This document shows, piece after piece, positions 12,960-21,446 of a stretch of DNA of 64,000 nucleotides. The DNA is from an uncultured Gemmatimonadales bacterium (GTDB lineage: Bacteria; Gemmatimonadota; Gemmatimonadetes; Gemmatimonadales; Gemmatimonadaceae). Each line of letters begins with the position of its first letter. The stretch's first letter is position 1. The stretch lies in NCBI GenBank assembly GCA_963707505.1, contig CAVPQB010000003.1, forward strand, positions 64,001-128,000, read 5' to 3'. The position numbers and the translations under genes were made by a program. A model generated the notes under the pieces. The model was not told the DNA's origin. It did no database searches and saw only the letters and a program-made list of their open reading frames with translations.

Positions 12960-13417
12960 CTTCCATGAATCATCTTTTTCGTCACCGGCCTTCCGTCTAT
13001 CTCCAACCGATAGAGATAGATGCCAGGTGGCGCATCCTGCCCTGTCCGGGAGTTCTTGGCGTCCCAGTACCCTGTGTACTGTCCGCACGATAACTCCACG
13101 CCCTCCAATGGCGCCCCACCAGCGACGCTCCCGGTTCCGCCTTGCAATACGGGTACTGCCACGACCTGCGACAAAATGTTGTACACCCGCAAGGTGACCC
13201 GGTAAACGCGACTCGGATCCGAACACGTGGGGTAATCTCCCACCGTGAAGGGCATCCGCGTCTCTGAAACGAAAGGATTGGGACTGTTCTGCCCCAACTC
13301 CGATCCAGACCCGCGATCCCGTCCGGTCCCGGGCATATTCGCCTGGCCGGCCGCCGATCGCGGCGCGAGCGCGCTGAATGCAAGCACCCCGATGAGTGCT
13401 GCCCAACGCAACCCCAT
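12956..13417 (-). CDS. Secreted protein consisting only of a FlgD-Ig/T9SS C-terminal-domain-like module
   Basis: Signal peptide, then LGQNSPNPF..VTLRVYNILSQVV..YWDAKN..APPGIYLYRLEIDG..TKKMI. GGAG SD. Confidence 0.75.
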   Translation of the reverse strand: MGLRWAALIGVLAFSALAPRSAAGQANMPGTGRDRGSGSELGQNSPNPFVSETRMPFTVGDYPTCSDPSRVYRVTLRVYNILSQVVAVPVLQGGTGSVAGGAPLEGVELSCGQYTGYWDAKNSRTGQDAPPGIYLYRLEIDGRPVTKKMIHGR

Positions 13418-13577
13418 TTTTTTACTCCAGGCTGACTAGAAAGTGTCCTTGAACTGACTCCTGAACGATTGTTCGACTCAATACATCCTACTCAAGCGCG
13501 AAGATACTGCCCAATAATCCGGAGCGCCAGAGCCGTTTCGACCCAACATGATGATTTCCATGCGCCGGACCACGAGC

Positions 13578-13620
13578 CCTGCCAGTGAACCTGCCAGTGA
13601 ACCTGCCAGTGAACCTGCCA
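13578..13620. repeat. 12-bp tandem repeat, about 3.6 copies
   Basis: (CCTGCCAGTGAA)x3 plus CCTGCCA in intergenic DNA. Confidence 0.95.
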
Positions 13621-13869
13621 CGCGACCTACTTCGATACTGTCACCAGAACCTACCAAACACCCCCGCACCGTCCGATGTTCCGGTAACGTACGCGGACTG
13701 ATGAGCTTCGACTGCCAGCTAGTGCCGGCTCAGTATTCTGACGCTCTCTGGCCATCCAATGTTTCAACGAGAAGACTCGTCGATTCACTACTACACAGAT
13801 ATGATGCAGGTGTCACGCCACGAGATCAGGGCTTTGGCGCTCGCCGGCATCTGCTAGCGTCTGCACGGA

Positions 13870-14649
13870 CTATCCCCGCGGAGCGAAAGGCTGGGCGCCA
13901 AAATCGCTCTCCCAGGCGGCAAACGCGCGGAGTGGCCTGTCGTCGGATACAACGTGCTCCCGCACGAACTCGCGCAGCAGACGCTGGTGCGCCCTGCCCT
14001 CCGCCGCACCGAGCCCGGTAACGACCTCTCCGGCCTGCCACCGCCGCAGCGTGTCGCGTGCGGATGGCGGAAGCTTGCGCACCACGGCGGCGAGGCGCGC
14101 ACAATCTTCGCACAAGGCACCGCCGGCTGGATGCGAGAACGTCACGGTCGCGTCTCGCGATACCTCGGAGTGACAGGTTGCGCACACATCCAGCGATGGA
14201 GTGAAGCCAGCATCGGCGATCATCCGCCACGCGCCCGCAAGCGCGCGCTCCATTACCGAATCGCCCGACGCAACGGCGAGCGCGTCCAGCGTCGTCGATA
14301 GACCGTCGAACATCGCCGCGTTCGCTTCGTCTCCCGCAACACGAAGCGCCAGCTCCGCGAGCGCCGACGCGGCAGTGAAGCGCGACATTTCCAGTGCGAG
14401 TCCGGCCCGCGACGACGTCACGTCGAACGCGCCGAGTGTGTGGAGCTCACGCGTAGGCTTGATGTAGATCTGCGCCTCACCCTCGGCGAAGAGGTCGACG
14501 CCCGTGCCAACGCGACCACGAGTGCGCCGCGCACCTTTCGCAATCACGGATTGCACGCCCGCCTCGCGCGTCATGAGTCGCAGCACGCGCGAGGTTTCCA
14601 GATAGTCGAAAGCGTGAAGAACTATCGCCTGCGTGACGACGAGCGGCAT
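13870..14649 (-). CDS. recO: DNA repair protein RecO
   Basis: AIVLHAFDYLETSRVLRLMTREAG..VIAKGARR and a zinc finger CATC..GGALCEDC. Confidence 0.93.
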   Translation of the reverse strand: MPLVVTQAIVLHAFDYLETSRVLRLMTREAGVQSVIAKGARRTRGRVGTGVDLFAEGEAQIYIKPTRELHTLGAFDVTSSRAGLALEMSRFTAASALAELALRVAGDEANAAMFDGLSTTLDALAVASGDSVMERALAGAWRMIADAGFTPSLDVCATCHSEVSRDATVTFSHPAGGALCEDCARLAAVVRKLPPSARDTLRRWQAGEVVTGLGAAEGRAHQRLLREFVREHVVSDDRPLRAFAAWESDFGAQPFAPRG

Positions 14650-14714
14650 CGTCGAAATCTAATCCGATGCCACTCGCCGTTCCTGTTACGCCAACCTGCA
14701 AATCACCCCGTAAA

Positions 14715-16703
14715 TCACCGCGTGGCAGATAGCTTCGCGCCTATCAGGATCGCGCGACCCGGCGCAGGAAAGTTGAATACGTCCTGATACCGCCGATCCA
14801 GAAGGTTGTCGATGCGCGCGGTCAACGATACCATCGTGGCATCGGTTCTGAAGACGCGCAGACTGCCGGACAGCCCCATCTTCACGTATGACGGAAGAGT
14901 GACGGTCGGCGACGGAAACTGCGAGAAGTCCATGTCAGGACGCTTGCCGACATAGTTTGCCGACGCCCCTACACTCCATTCGCTCGAGCGCGCGTAGAAG
15001 AGTGACGCGGTGCCAGAATGACTGGGCCGGCGGAGCAGCGCGTCACCCGGCATCTGCGATCCTGCATAACCCGGCGGCACGGCGAACACTTGTGCGATGG
15101 TCTGCATGTAGCTCGCAGACCCGGTGAAACCGAACGGCAATGTGGCGTCCACCTCGCCCTGATACCCCTTCGATCGCGCCTGCGTCAGGTTGCTGTAATA
15201 CGACGGCGTGAGTTGCACGAAGTCCGGCGGCCCCCCGAACGTTCCCGACACGTACTGAATCTGATTGCTGAATCGCTGGTCGAACGCACCGACGCTCGCG
15301 CGCACTCGACCATCGAACAGCGTCTGAATCAATCCCACGTCGAGCGAGTGCGATTGCTCCGGCTGCAACGAGGGGTTTCCAATGTTGAATGCCGATCCCT
15401 GCGTCTCGTCGAACGAGGGTGCGTTGAAGCCGGTTCCATAGGCTCCGCGAAGCCGCGCACCGCTCCACAGTGCCAGAGTCCCGCCGGCATGGTACGTGTT
15501 GACACTGTGAAAATCTGAATGCTCGTCATGTCGCGCACTCAGATCGTACGAGAAGAGCGAAACAGGATTCCCCTGGAGAGCGATGTAATACCCGCGTGTG
15601 ATGCGATGGTCGTCGGAGCCGGGCGTTACGACGGTAGTCCCGCTGGCCGGATCCACAGCGTAGTTGACGGTCACCAACCGCGATCGCTGCCCCTCGACCT
15701 GATACTGTGCTCCTACCGTCGCGGTGCCAAGCTGGCCGAGCGCCGCTTCAACGCGGCCTTCGGCGAACCTGCGATAGCCGGCTGACGGCGATGATGTCTT
15801 TGAAAGCGGGGCTGCGGCCATACCCGATGCCTTCGTGTCCTCGGACAGTCCATGAACCTCGTTGTCGCCGCCAATGAGACGCAACCGCACGCCCGATGCA
15901 ACTCTGCGCGATGCATCGAGACCCGCTACGAGCCTGTGCTCTCTGGTATAAGAGTTCGTATCGGTTGGCGCGCCCGTGAAATCCGTCGGGAAATGATATA
16001 CGGAGCCGGTGTATCGCGTAGTCAGCGATATTTCCGATTGTTCGTCGGGACGAAGCTGCAGCGATCCGTTCAGGTCACCGTTCTGGTACGCGTTGTTGAA
16101 TGCGTACACTCCATCCGTTGCGTGCCAGGCGCCGCCAATCGAGTATCCAGCTGCAGGCGCGCCGCCCCGGAGGGATACGGATTCATCATGCGAGCCGTAT
16201 GTCCCTGCACGCGCGTCCGCGTCGAGCGTTGTGGGGCCCGCACCGCGCCTCGTGAATATCTGAATCACGCCGCTCACTGCGTCTGCGCCGTACAACGCGC
16301 TCGACGGTCCGTAAACGATCTCGATCCGGTCGACGTTGTCCATCGACAGATTCTCGAAGAATTGAGTTCCGCCCACTGAATTGATTGGGGTTCCGTCGAT
16401 CAGAACCTTGGTGTACCGGCTCTCTCCGCCACGAAGGAAGAGCGATGTCACGCCACCGTAAGATCCGCTCTGAGCGATCGTCGCGCCCGGCGCCTCACGC
16501 AACGCCTCGGCGACCGTGACTATGCCGCGCGCGCGCAGCTCGTCACCCTTGAGTACGGTGACCGGCTGACTGAGCGACGAAGATGGCGTCGGGAGCGTCG
16601 TCGCCGTTACGATCACGGGTTCGAGCGACGCAGTCGTATCCGCGCGCTGCGCCAGCGCTGTCGCGGGCAGCAGCGCAATTAACGAAAGTGTCAACTTGTT
16701 CAT
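14715..16703 (-). CDS. btuB: TonB-dependent receptor, BtuB-like cobalamin transporter
   Basis: Signal peptide, TonB box EPVIVTAT, plug motifs LFLRGG..VLIDG and RIEIVYGPSSALYGADAVSGVIQIFT, C-terminal IDNLLDRRY..PGR. Downstream of a B12 riboswitch. Confidence 0.85.
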   Translation of the reverse strand: MNKLTLSLIALLPATALAQRADTTASLEPVIVTATTLPTPSSSLSQPVTVLKGDELRARGIVTVAEALREAPGATIAQSGSYGGVTSLFLRGGESRYTKVLIDGTPINSVGGTQFFENLSMDNVDRIEIVYGPSSALYGADAVSGVIQIFTRRGAGPTTLDADARAGTYGSHDESVSLRGGAPAAGYSIGGAWHATDGVYAFNNAYQNGDLNGSLQLRPDEQSEISLTTRYTGSVYHFPTDFTGAPTDTNSYTREHRLVAGLDASRRVASGVRLRLIGGDNEVHGLSEDTKASGMAAAPLSKTSSPSAGYRRFAEGRVEAALGQLGTATVGAQYQVEGQRSRLVTVNYAVDPASGTTVVTPGSDDHRITRGYYIALQGNPVSLFSYDLSARHDEHSDFHSVNTYHAGGTLALWSGARLRGAYGTGFNAPSFDETQGSAFNIGNPSLQPEQSHSLDVGLIQTLFDGRVRASVGAFDQRFSNQIQYVSGTFGGPPDFVQLTPSYYSNLTQARSKGYQGEVDATLPFGFTGSASYMQTIAQVFAVPPGYAGSQMPGDALLRRPSHSGTASLFYARSSEWSVGASANYVGKRPDMDFSQFPSPTVTLPSYVKMGLSGSLRVFRTDATMVSLTARIDNLLDRRYQDVFNFPAPGRAILIGAKLSATR

Positions 16704-16722
16704 TGTATTTATATGAGTGGTG

Positions 16723-17505
16723 TCATGTTGAGCGACGTAATGGGACCAGCATCGGAGCGTTAACCGCCGGATCGCGCGTGACGACCAGCGGCCAGTCGTA
16801 CACACGCTCCAGCAGCTCGCCGCGCATCACGGCCTCCGGTGCTCCTGTTGCGACCACGGCGCCGTGGTGCAACAGGACCATCGAAGTCGCAAAGCGCGCG
16901 ACGAGATTCAATTGATGACTCACGAGCAGTACGGCAGCGCCGGACTCCGCGAGAGACACCGCCAACTGAAAGATCTGCATCTCGTGGCCGACATCCAGAA
17001 ACGACGTCGGCTCGTCCAGAACGAGCGCGTCGCCGCCCTGCGCAAGCGCGCGAGCGACCCGCACTCTCTGCCACTCGCCACCGGACAATTCATCGGTGAC
17101 TCTTCCCAGCAACGGCTCCACGCCGGCTCGTTGCGCAGCAGCCAATACCGCGTCGGAATCGCCGGAGGCCGCAGATCCCCATGCACCGGTGTGGGGATAG
17201 CGTCCGAGCGCGATGTATTCAGCGACGTTGCGCGCGAACGTAGTATCCTCGCGCTGAGTCACGACGGCACATCGCCGCGCAAGCTCACGACGGGGGATCT
17301 CGGTCACGTCTGTACCATCGATGGTGATACGACCCGACATGAGTGGGACACGACCGAGCAGTGCCCGGACGAGAGTACTCTTGCCGCTGCCGTTCGGACC
17401 GACGATGGCCGTAACCGCGCCGCGATCCGCGCGCAATGATACGCCCGCTACAACGGGCTTTGCGGTCGGATCGTACGCGACGGTGACGTTCTCATATGCA
17501 ATCAC
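16723..17505 (-). CDS. btuD: Cobalamin/iron ABC transporter ATP-binding protein
   Basis: GPNGSGKST, LSGGEWQRV, LDEPT, SHQLN. GTGA overlap with the permease stop. Confidence 0.85.
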   Translation of the reverse strand: MIAYENVTVAYDPTAKPVVAGVSLRADRGAVTAIVGPNGSGKSTLVRALLGRVPLMSGRITIDGTDVTEIPRRELARRCAVVTQREDTTFARNVAEYIALGRYPHTGAWGSAASGDSDAVLAAAQRAGVEPLLGRVTDELSGGEWQRVRVARALAQGGDALVLDEPTSFLDVGHEMQIFQLAVSLAESGAAVLLVSHQLNLVARFATSMVLLHHGAVVATGAPEAVMRGELLERVYDWPLVVTRDPAVNAPMLVPLRRST

Positions 17506-18488
17506 CGCATCCTCCTGAGCTGAATCAGAAAGAATGGAACACCGAGCACTGCTGTCACGGCGCCAAGCGGAAGCTCCGACGGCGGAATTACCACACGTGC
17601 CAGGAGGTCGGAGGCGACGACGAGCGTTGCGCCGATTATCGCGCAACCCGCGAGCATCGCGCGCTGGCGTGACAAGCCGAATGCACGCGCCATGTGTGGC
17701 ACGACGAGTCCAACGAATCCGATCAGGCCAGCAGCTGCAACAGTTGCCGCCGCCAGTAGAGCACTCGCCAGGAACGCGCGTCGCGTCGCGCGGTGGACGT
17801 CCACGCCGAGTCCTGCGGCGGAGTCCTCGCCCAGCGTCAGTACGTCGATCTCGGGTGCATACGCAACCAGATAGGCGACACCGGCCGCGACATACAATCC
17901 CAGCCATGCAACCGTGTACCACGTAGCGTCCGCGACCGAGCCCATCATCCACCACAGCGCGCCACGAATCGTATTCGGCGAAACGTTCGCGAGCAGAATC
18001 ATGATCAACGCATTCGCAAATGCGCCCACGACCACGCCAGCCATCAGCAATACACGAACGTCTGTGTGACCCGATCGCCCGGCCCCGCGCGCGACGCCGA
18101 TGGCAAGCAAAACGGCAATGCCGGCTCCGACAAACGCGAGCAGCGGCCACACCGCCGACGATGCGCCCAACATCATCGCCGCGACCGCACCGACAGCTGC
18201 GCCGCCCGATACGCCCAGCAGGTACGGCTCGGCGAGCGGATTGCGTAACGTCGCCTGTAGCGTCGTACCGCTGGTGCCGAGTGCGACCCCAACGAGCGCG
18301 GCGAGAACGACCCGCGGCAACCGGAGCGTCACGACAATGGAGTGCGCCGCCGCCGGTGCATCGCTGGTCAGCGCCGCAAGAACCTGCAGTGGTGAAAGCG
18401 ATACCGTACCGAGTGCGACGCCGAGCACACAAACCGCAACCAACAGCAGCGCGCCAATCCACCAGTGCCACGCACGATGGACGATCAC
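17502..18488 (-). CDS. btuC: Cobalamin/iron ABC transporter permease (FecCD family)
   Basis: LRLPRV, LRNPLAEPYLLGVSGGA, LGEDSAAGLGV, IGFVGLVVPH, ELPLGAVTAVLGVPFF. Confidence 0.87.
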   Translation of the reverse strand: MIVHRAWHWWIGALLLVAVCVLGVALGTVSLSPLQVLAALTSDAPAAAHSIVVTLRLPRVVLAALVGVALGTSGTTLQATLRNPLAEPYLLGVSGGAAVGAVAAMMLGASSAVWPLLAFVGAGIAVLLAIGVARGAGRSGHTDVRVLLMAGVVVGAFANALIMILLANVSPNTIRGALWWMMGSVADATWYTVAWLGLYVAAGVAYLVAYAPEIDVLTLGEDSAAGLGVDVHRATRRAFLASALLAAATVAAAGLIGFVGLVVPHMARAFGLSRQRAMLAGCAIIGATLVVASDLLARVVIPPSELPLGAVTAVLGVPFFLIQLRRMR

Positions 18489-19417
18489 GGCAGGACGATC
18501 CCCGGATGGAGCGCGCGTGCGAGTACCGTCGCAGCAGATCCCATCTGCACCGACGGCCTGAGAATCATCGTGAGCGGAATCCGAATCACATGATTCTGCG
18601 TGATCGCCGGAACGGCCTGCCACACGCCGCGGAGAGGCGCGTCGCTTCCGCCTTCGCCGCCGCGAACCACAAAATCGGGATTCTTCGATATCACGTCTTC
18701 GATCGAGACGATCGGTGACGGTTGCGGCAGATATGCATACACGTTGCGCGCACCGGCAATGGTCAGCAGTTCGTTCATGAAGCTTCCCCCGCCGACCACC
18801 ATCGGCGACGTATCGATCATCGGCCACACGACGGTCGGCTGATGCAACCCACTTGTCGCGGCTGCCACTCGCCGAAGCGACGCCGCCACAGTATCCACAA
18901 CTACTGCGGCGCGCACGCTGTCACCAAGCACTCGGCCCAGCAGTCTCACCGAGCGATCGAAGTCGGCGATGCGATCGATTCGGAGAGAGATCGTGTGTAT
19001 TCCCGCGCTTTCCAGTCGTTCGGCGGCCGCGCGGTTGTCCTCGCTTGCGTACAGCAGCACGAGGTCGGGATGTGCTGCAACTATCTTCTCGACGTTGGGT
19101 CCGATTCCATTTCCCATGTCCGGAATCGTCCGGGCCGAGTCCGGCCATTCGTCCCAGTGTGACCTGCCTATGAGCAGCGATCCCGCGCCAATTGCAAAGA
19201 TTGTCTCCGTCGTCGTCGGATTGAGTGAGACGACGCGGCCGGGATGCGTTGCAAACGAGATCGAGCGCCCGAAGTCGTCACGAACAGTCGGAGCAGCAAC
19301 GTTCGCCGAATTGCGTGACGGCGCGGAGTCGCGCGTTGCGTCTCGTGTGCAGGACGCGCCGAGAATCGCGAGCGCGACGCATGCCGAGACCCGGATTGCG
19401 GATCTGTAGGATGACAT
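18485..19417 (-). CDS. btuF: Cobalamin-binding periplasmic lipoprotein
   Basis: Lipobox-like LGASC, DDFGRSI..RVVSLNPTTTETIFAIGAG, PNVEKIVAAHPDLV. Confidence 0.85.
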   Translation of the reverse strand: MSSYRSAIRVSACVALAILGASCTRDATRDSAPSRNSANVAAPTVRDDFGRSISFATHPGRVVSLNPTTTETIFAIGAGSLLIGRSHWDEWPDSARTIPDMGNGIGPNVEKIVAAHPDLVLLYASEDNRAAAERLESAGIHTISLRIDRIADFDRSVRLLGRVLGDSVRAAVVVDTVAASLRRVAAATSGLHQPTVVWPMIDTSPMVVGGGSFMNELLTIAGARNVYAYLPQPSPIVSIEDVISKNPDFVVRGGEGGSDAPLRGVWQAVPAITQNHVIRIPLTMILRPSVQMGSAATVLARALHPGIVLP

Positions 19418-19560
19418 CACTGTATCGCCGAGACTGACTGTCCTGAAACGCAAAACGGGCATCCTTTTTCGAAGGAAGCCCGCAACGTATGTACGAAATC
19501 GACAGGCGACGACGTACAACGCCACCAGCCCTCCCCCGAGGGTCTGTGAGATGTGGCGCG

Positions 19561-19705
19561 GACGAAGGTCGTCTCCTGGCTCCGGGCCGTCGCATCTCCC
19601 TTCCCGGCCAGCTCAGCCAGTGGGACCTCAGATACGCGTACTGCCCGTTACAGTGGCGGGGCCGCGCCGGCATTTCACCGGCTTCCGTGTCCCCCGACCG
19701 CGAAA
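19561..19705 (-). ncRNA. Cobalamin (B12) riboswitch
   Basis: Minus strand GGAAGCCGGTGAAATGCCGGCGCGGCCCCGCCACTGT..CCCACTG..GGGAAGG..GAGCCAGGAGAC (B12 box), upstream of the btu genes. Boundaries approximate. Confidence 0.92.
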
Positions 19706-19723
19706 ATCAATTATGCCGTGAAG

Positions 19724-20689
19724 CTACCTGCGCCTGAGCGCGCGCGCAAGCGTTACGGTCATCGCGCCTCCGATCAGGAGCGTCAGTCCGGCGACGAACA
19801 GGAGCGCAGGAGGCTGTTTCACTTCTGGAACGCTCACGACCGCGACTGCATTTGCCGGAACATCCGACGCGAGATATCGTCGGAACTGATGACCTTCTAT
19901 CGCGACTGGTGCGACTGCGGCCAGTCGCGCACCGCTCACGACGGCAGTCGAATCCTCGACGAGAACCTCGAACACTACTGCACCCTGCTCGAACGGAATC
20001 TTGAGAGGAAACGCGTCGGCCGGAAGATCGTAATGAAATGCAAGCTGCTTCATCCCGGGTGCGAACGGCGCGTACACCAGTGCACGTGAATTTGCGAAGC
20101 GTACGGCAGCTGCCGGAATGTCGCCGTCCGCGACCAGTGGTGTGCTGGCGTCGGATGGAAGTCCCGACGACCATACCGCACCTGCATCCGACTCGTTTCG
20201 TGCAACACGAGTTACCGACGTGTCGTTGGAGAGCTCGAACACTTCGGTGACGGTACGCAAACCATCAGGCGCTGCGCGACTCACGATGAGGTGGCGCCCA
20301 CGGATTGTCATCGGCACGTGATGGGACGTCGTATCGAATACGACTATCTCTCCGTCATCGCCGCTTTCGTCGCCCGCATTCAGCGGATGCGAAAAGTACG
20401 CGACACCGTCGTGCGAAGACGATACGAAGTAGATCGCATCGGTGGCTCCGGTGCGCTTGTACTTGAATGCGTAATGACCCGATCCGTTGGTATGCGTGGA
20501 ATCCACCGGGCCGGCGTGATCCGTGCCCACGCGATGCAGCGTGACCCACGTGCCGGCTACCGCGACGACGGAATCGCCGCCAGGTTTGACGACGCGGCCT
20601 GAAACGCTCGAGCTTTCCTGAGCGCCGCATACTGCCGCAATCATTAGCGCGACCAGCGCGCCGAAAATTCTAGAGCCGGAACTTGCCAA
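19724..20689 (-). CDS. Secreted, C-terminally anchored hypothetical protein (N-terminal carboxypeptidase-regulatory-like Ig domain)
   Basis: Signal peptide, VSGRVV..VTLHRV..TNGSGHYAF, C-terminal TM helix plus RRR. TTG start is inferred. Confidence 0.7.
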   Translation of the reverse strand: MASSGSRIFGALVALMIAAVCGAQESSSVSGRVVKPGGDSVVAVAGTWVTLHRVGTDHAGPVDSTHTNGSGHYAFKYKRTGATDAIYFVSSSHDGVAYFSHPLNAGDESGDDGEIVVFDTTSHHVPMTIRGRHLIVSRAAPDGLRTVTEVFELSNDTSVTRVARNESDAGAVWSSGLPSDASTPLVADGDIPAAAVRFANSRALVYAPFAPGMKQLAFHYDLPADAFPLKIPFEQGAVVFEVLVEDSTAVVSGARLAAVAPVAIEGHQFRRYLASDVPANAVAVVSVPEVKQPPALLFVAGLTLLIGGAMTVTLARALRRR

Positions 20690-21188
20690 AATCTTCCGGC
20701 CTGAGGTTTTCGAGATACGCCTTGAGCTGCTCCGGCGACATCGGCCTGAATTCCGGGTCGATCTGGAGCTCCGCGAGGGTCTCCGATTCGTCCAGCACTG
20801 CACTCGTGAGCAGCTCCTCGCTCACGAAAATCGGCGCGTTGAATCGCAACGCGAGCGCGATACCATCGGACGGCCGCGCGTCCACCACGACGCTTCCATC
20901 GCGACTGGCGAGTTGCAGCTCGGCGTGGTATGTGCGCGCGACTATTCGTGTGACGCTCACGCGCATCAGAGTCGCGCCCAGTTGCGTGATGATGTTCTTG
21001 CACAGATCGTGCGTGAGCGGACGCTCGCGATGCATCTGATGCATCTCGATGACGATCGACTCCGCTTCAGGCTGGCCTATCCAGATCGGCAACAACCGCT
21101 CGCCGTCCTTTTCCCGGAGGATCACGACGTACGCATTGGAAGTCCGATCCAGCCCGAGGCGCATCACCTCGACTTCGAGCAGTGCCAT
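20670..21188 (-). CDS. Bifunctional nuclease family protein (DUF151)
   Basis: VVILRE..RLLPIWIGQPEA..RPLTHDL..DARPSDGIALALRFNAPIFV. Confidence 0.92.
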   Translation of the reverse strand: MALLEVEVMRLGLDRTSNAYVVILREKDGERLLPIWIGQPEAESIVIEMHQMHRERPLTHDLCKNIITQLGATLMRVSVTRIVARTYHAELQLASRDGSVVVDARPSDGIALALRFNAPIFVSEELLTSAVLDESETLAELQIDPEFRPMSPEQLKAYLENLRPEDFGKFRL

Positions 21189-21218
21189 GGCTGGAAGATA
21201 ATGGCGGTATGCAGAGCC

Positions 21219-21431
21219 CGTCATCCCCGCGAAAGCTCTCCCAGACTCGTCATCCCCGCGAAAGCGGGGATCCATGGACGATGTTGTAGGCACAGCATCC
21301 ATCCTCGCAGGTGACACCGTTTGCAAATGAAAGGCCGACCTCCTGCTTTTCCAGGAGATCGGCTACGCCCTGCAGCGAGACGGTGTTGAATCCGATCGTG
21401 ATCGGTGGCCCCCGCGTTCGCGGGGGTGACG
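21219..21431. repeat. Cluster of three REP-like palindromic repeats
   Basis: Partial copy 21219-21236, full copy CGTCATCCCCGCGAAAGCGGGGATCCA 21248-21274, inverted variant 21406-21431 (reverse complement CGTCACCCCCGCGAACGCGGGGGCCA). Confidence 0.8.
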
Positions 21432-21446
21432 AAGGCTTGGCTTCTC

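Noticed and set aside
13578..13620. CRISPR array
   Set aside because: The repeats are 12 bp and contiguous, with no spacers and no cas genes.
13698..13740. CTGATGAG resembling a hammerhead ribozyme core
   Set aside because: No stem II followed by GAAA and no matching cleavage-site helix could be found.
16723..18471. Long N-terminal extensions in the ORF track (btuD 582 aa, purM 578 aa, btuC 441 aa, fbp 430 aa, miaB 495 aa)
   Set aside because: The extensions overlap real upstream genes in another frame and are Arg-rich nonsense. Starts were reassigned by motifs and stop/start overlaps.
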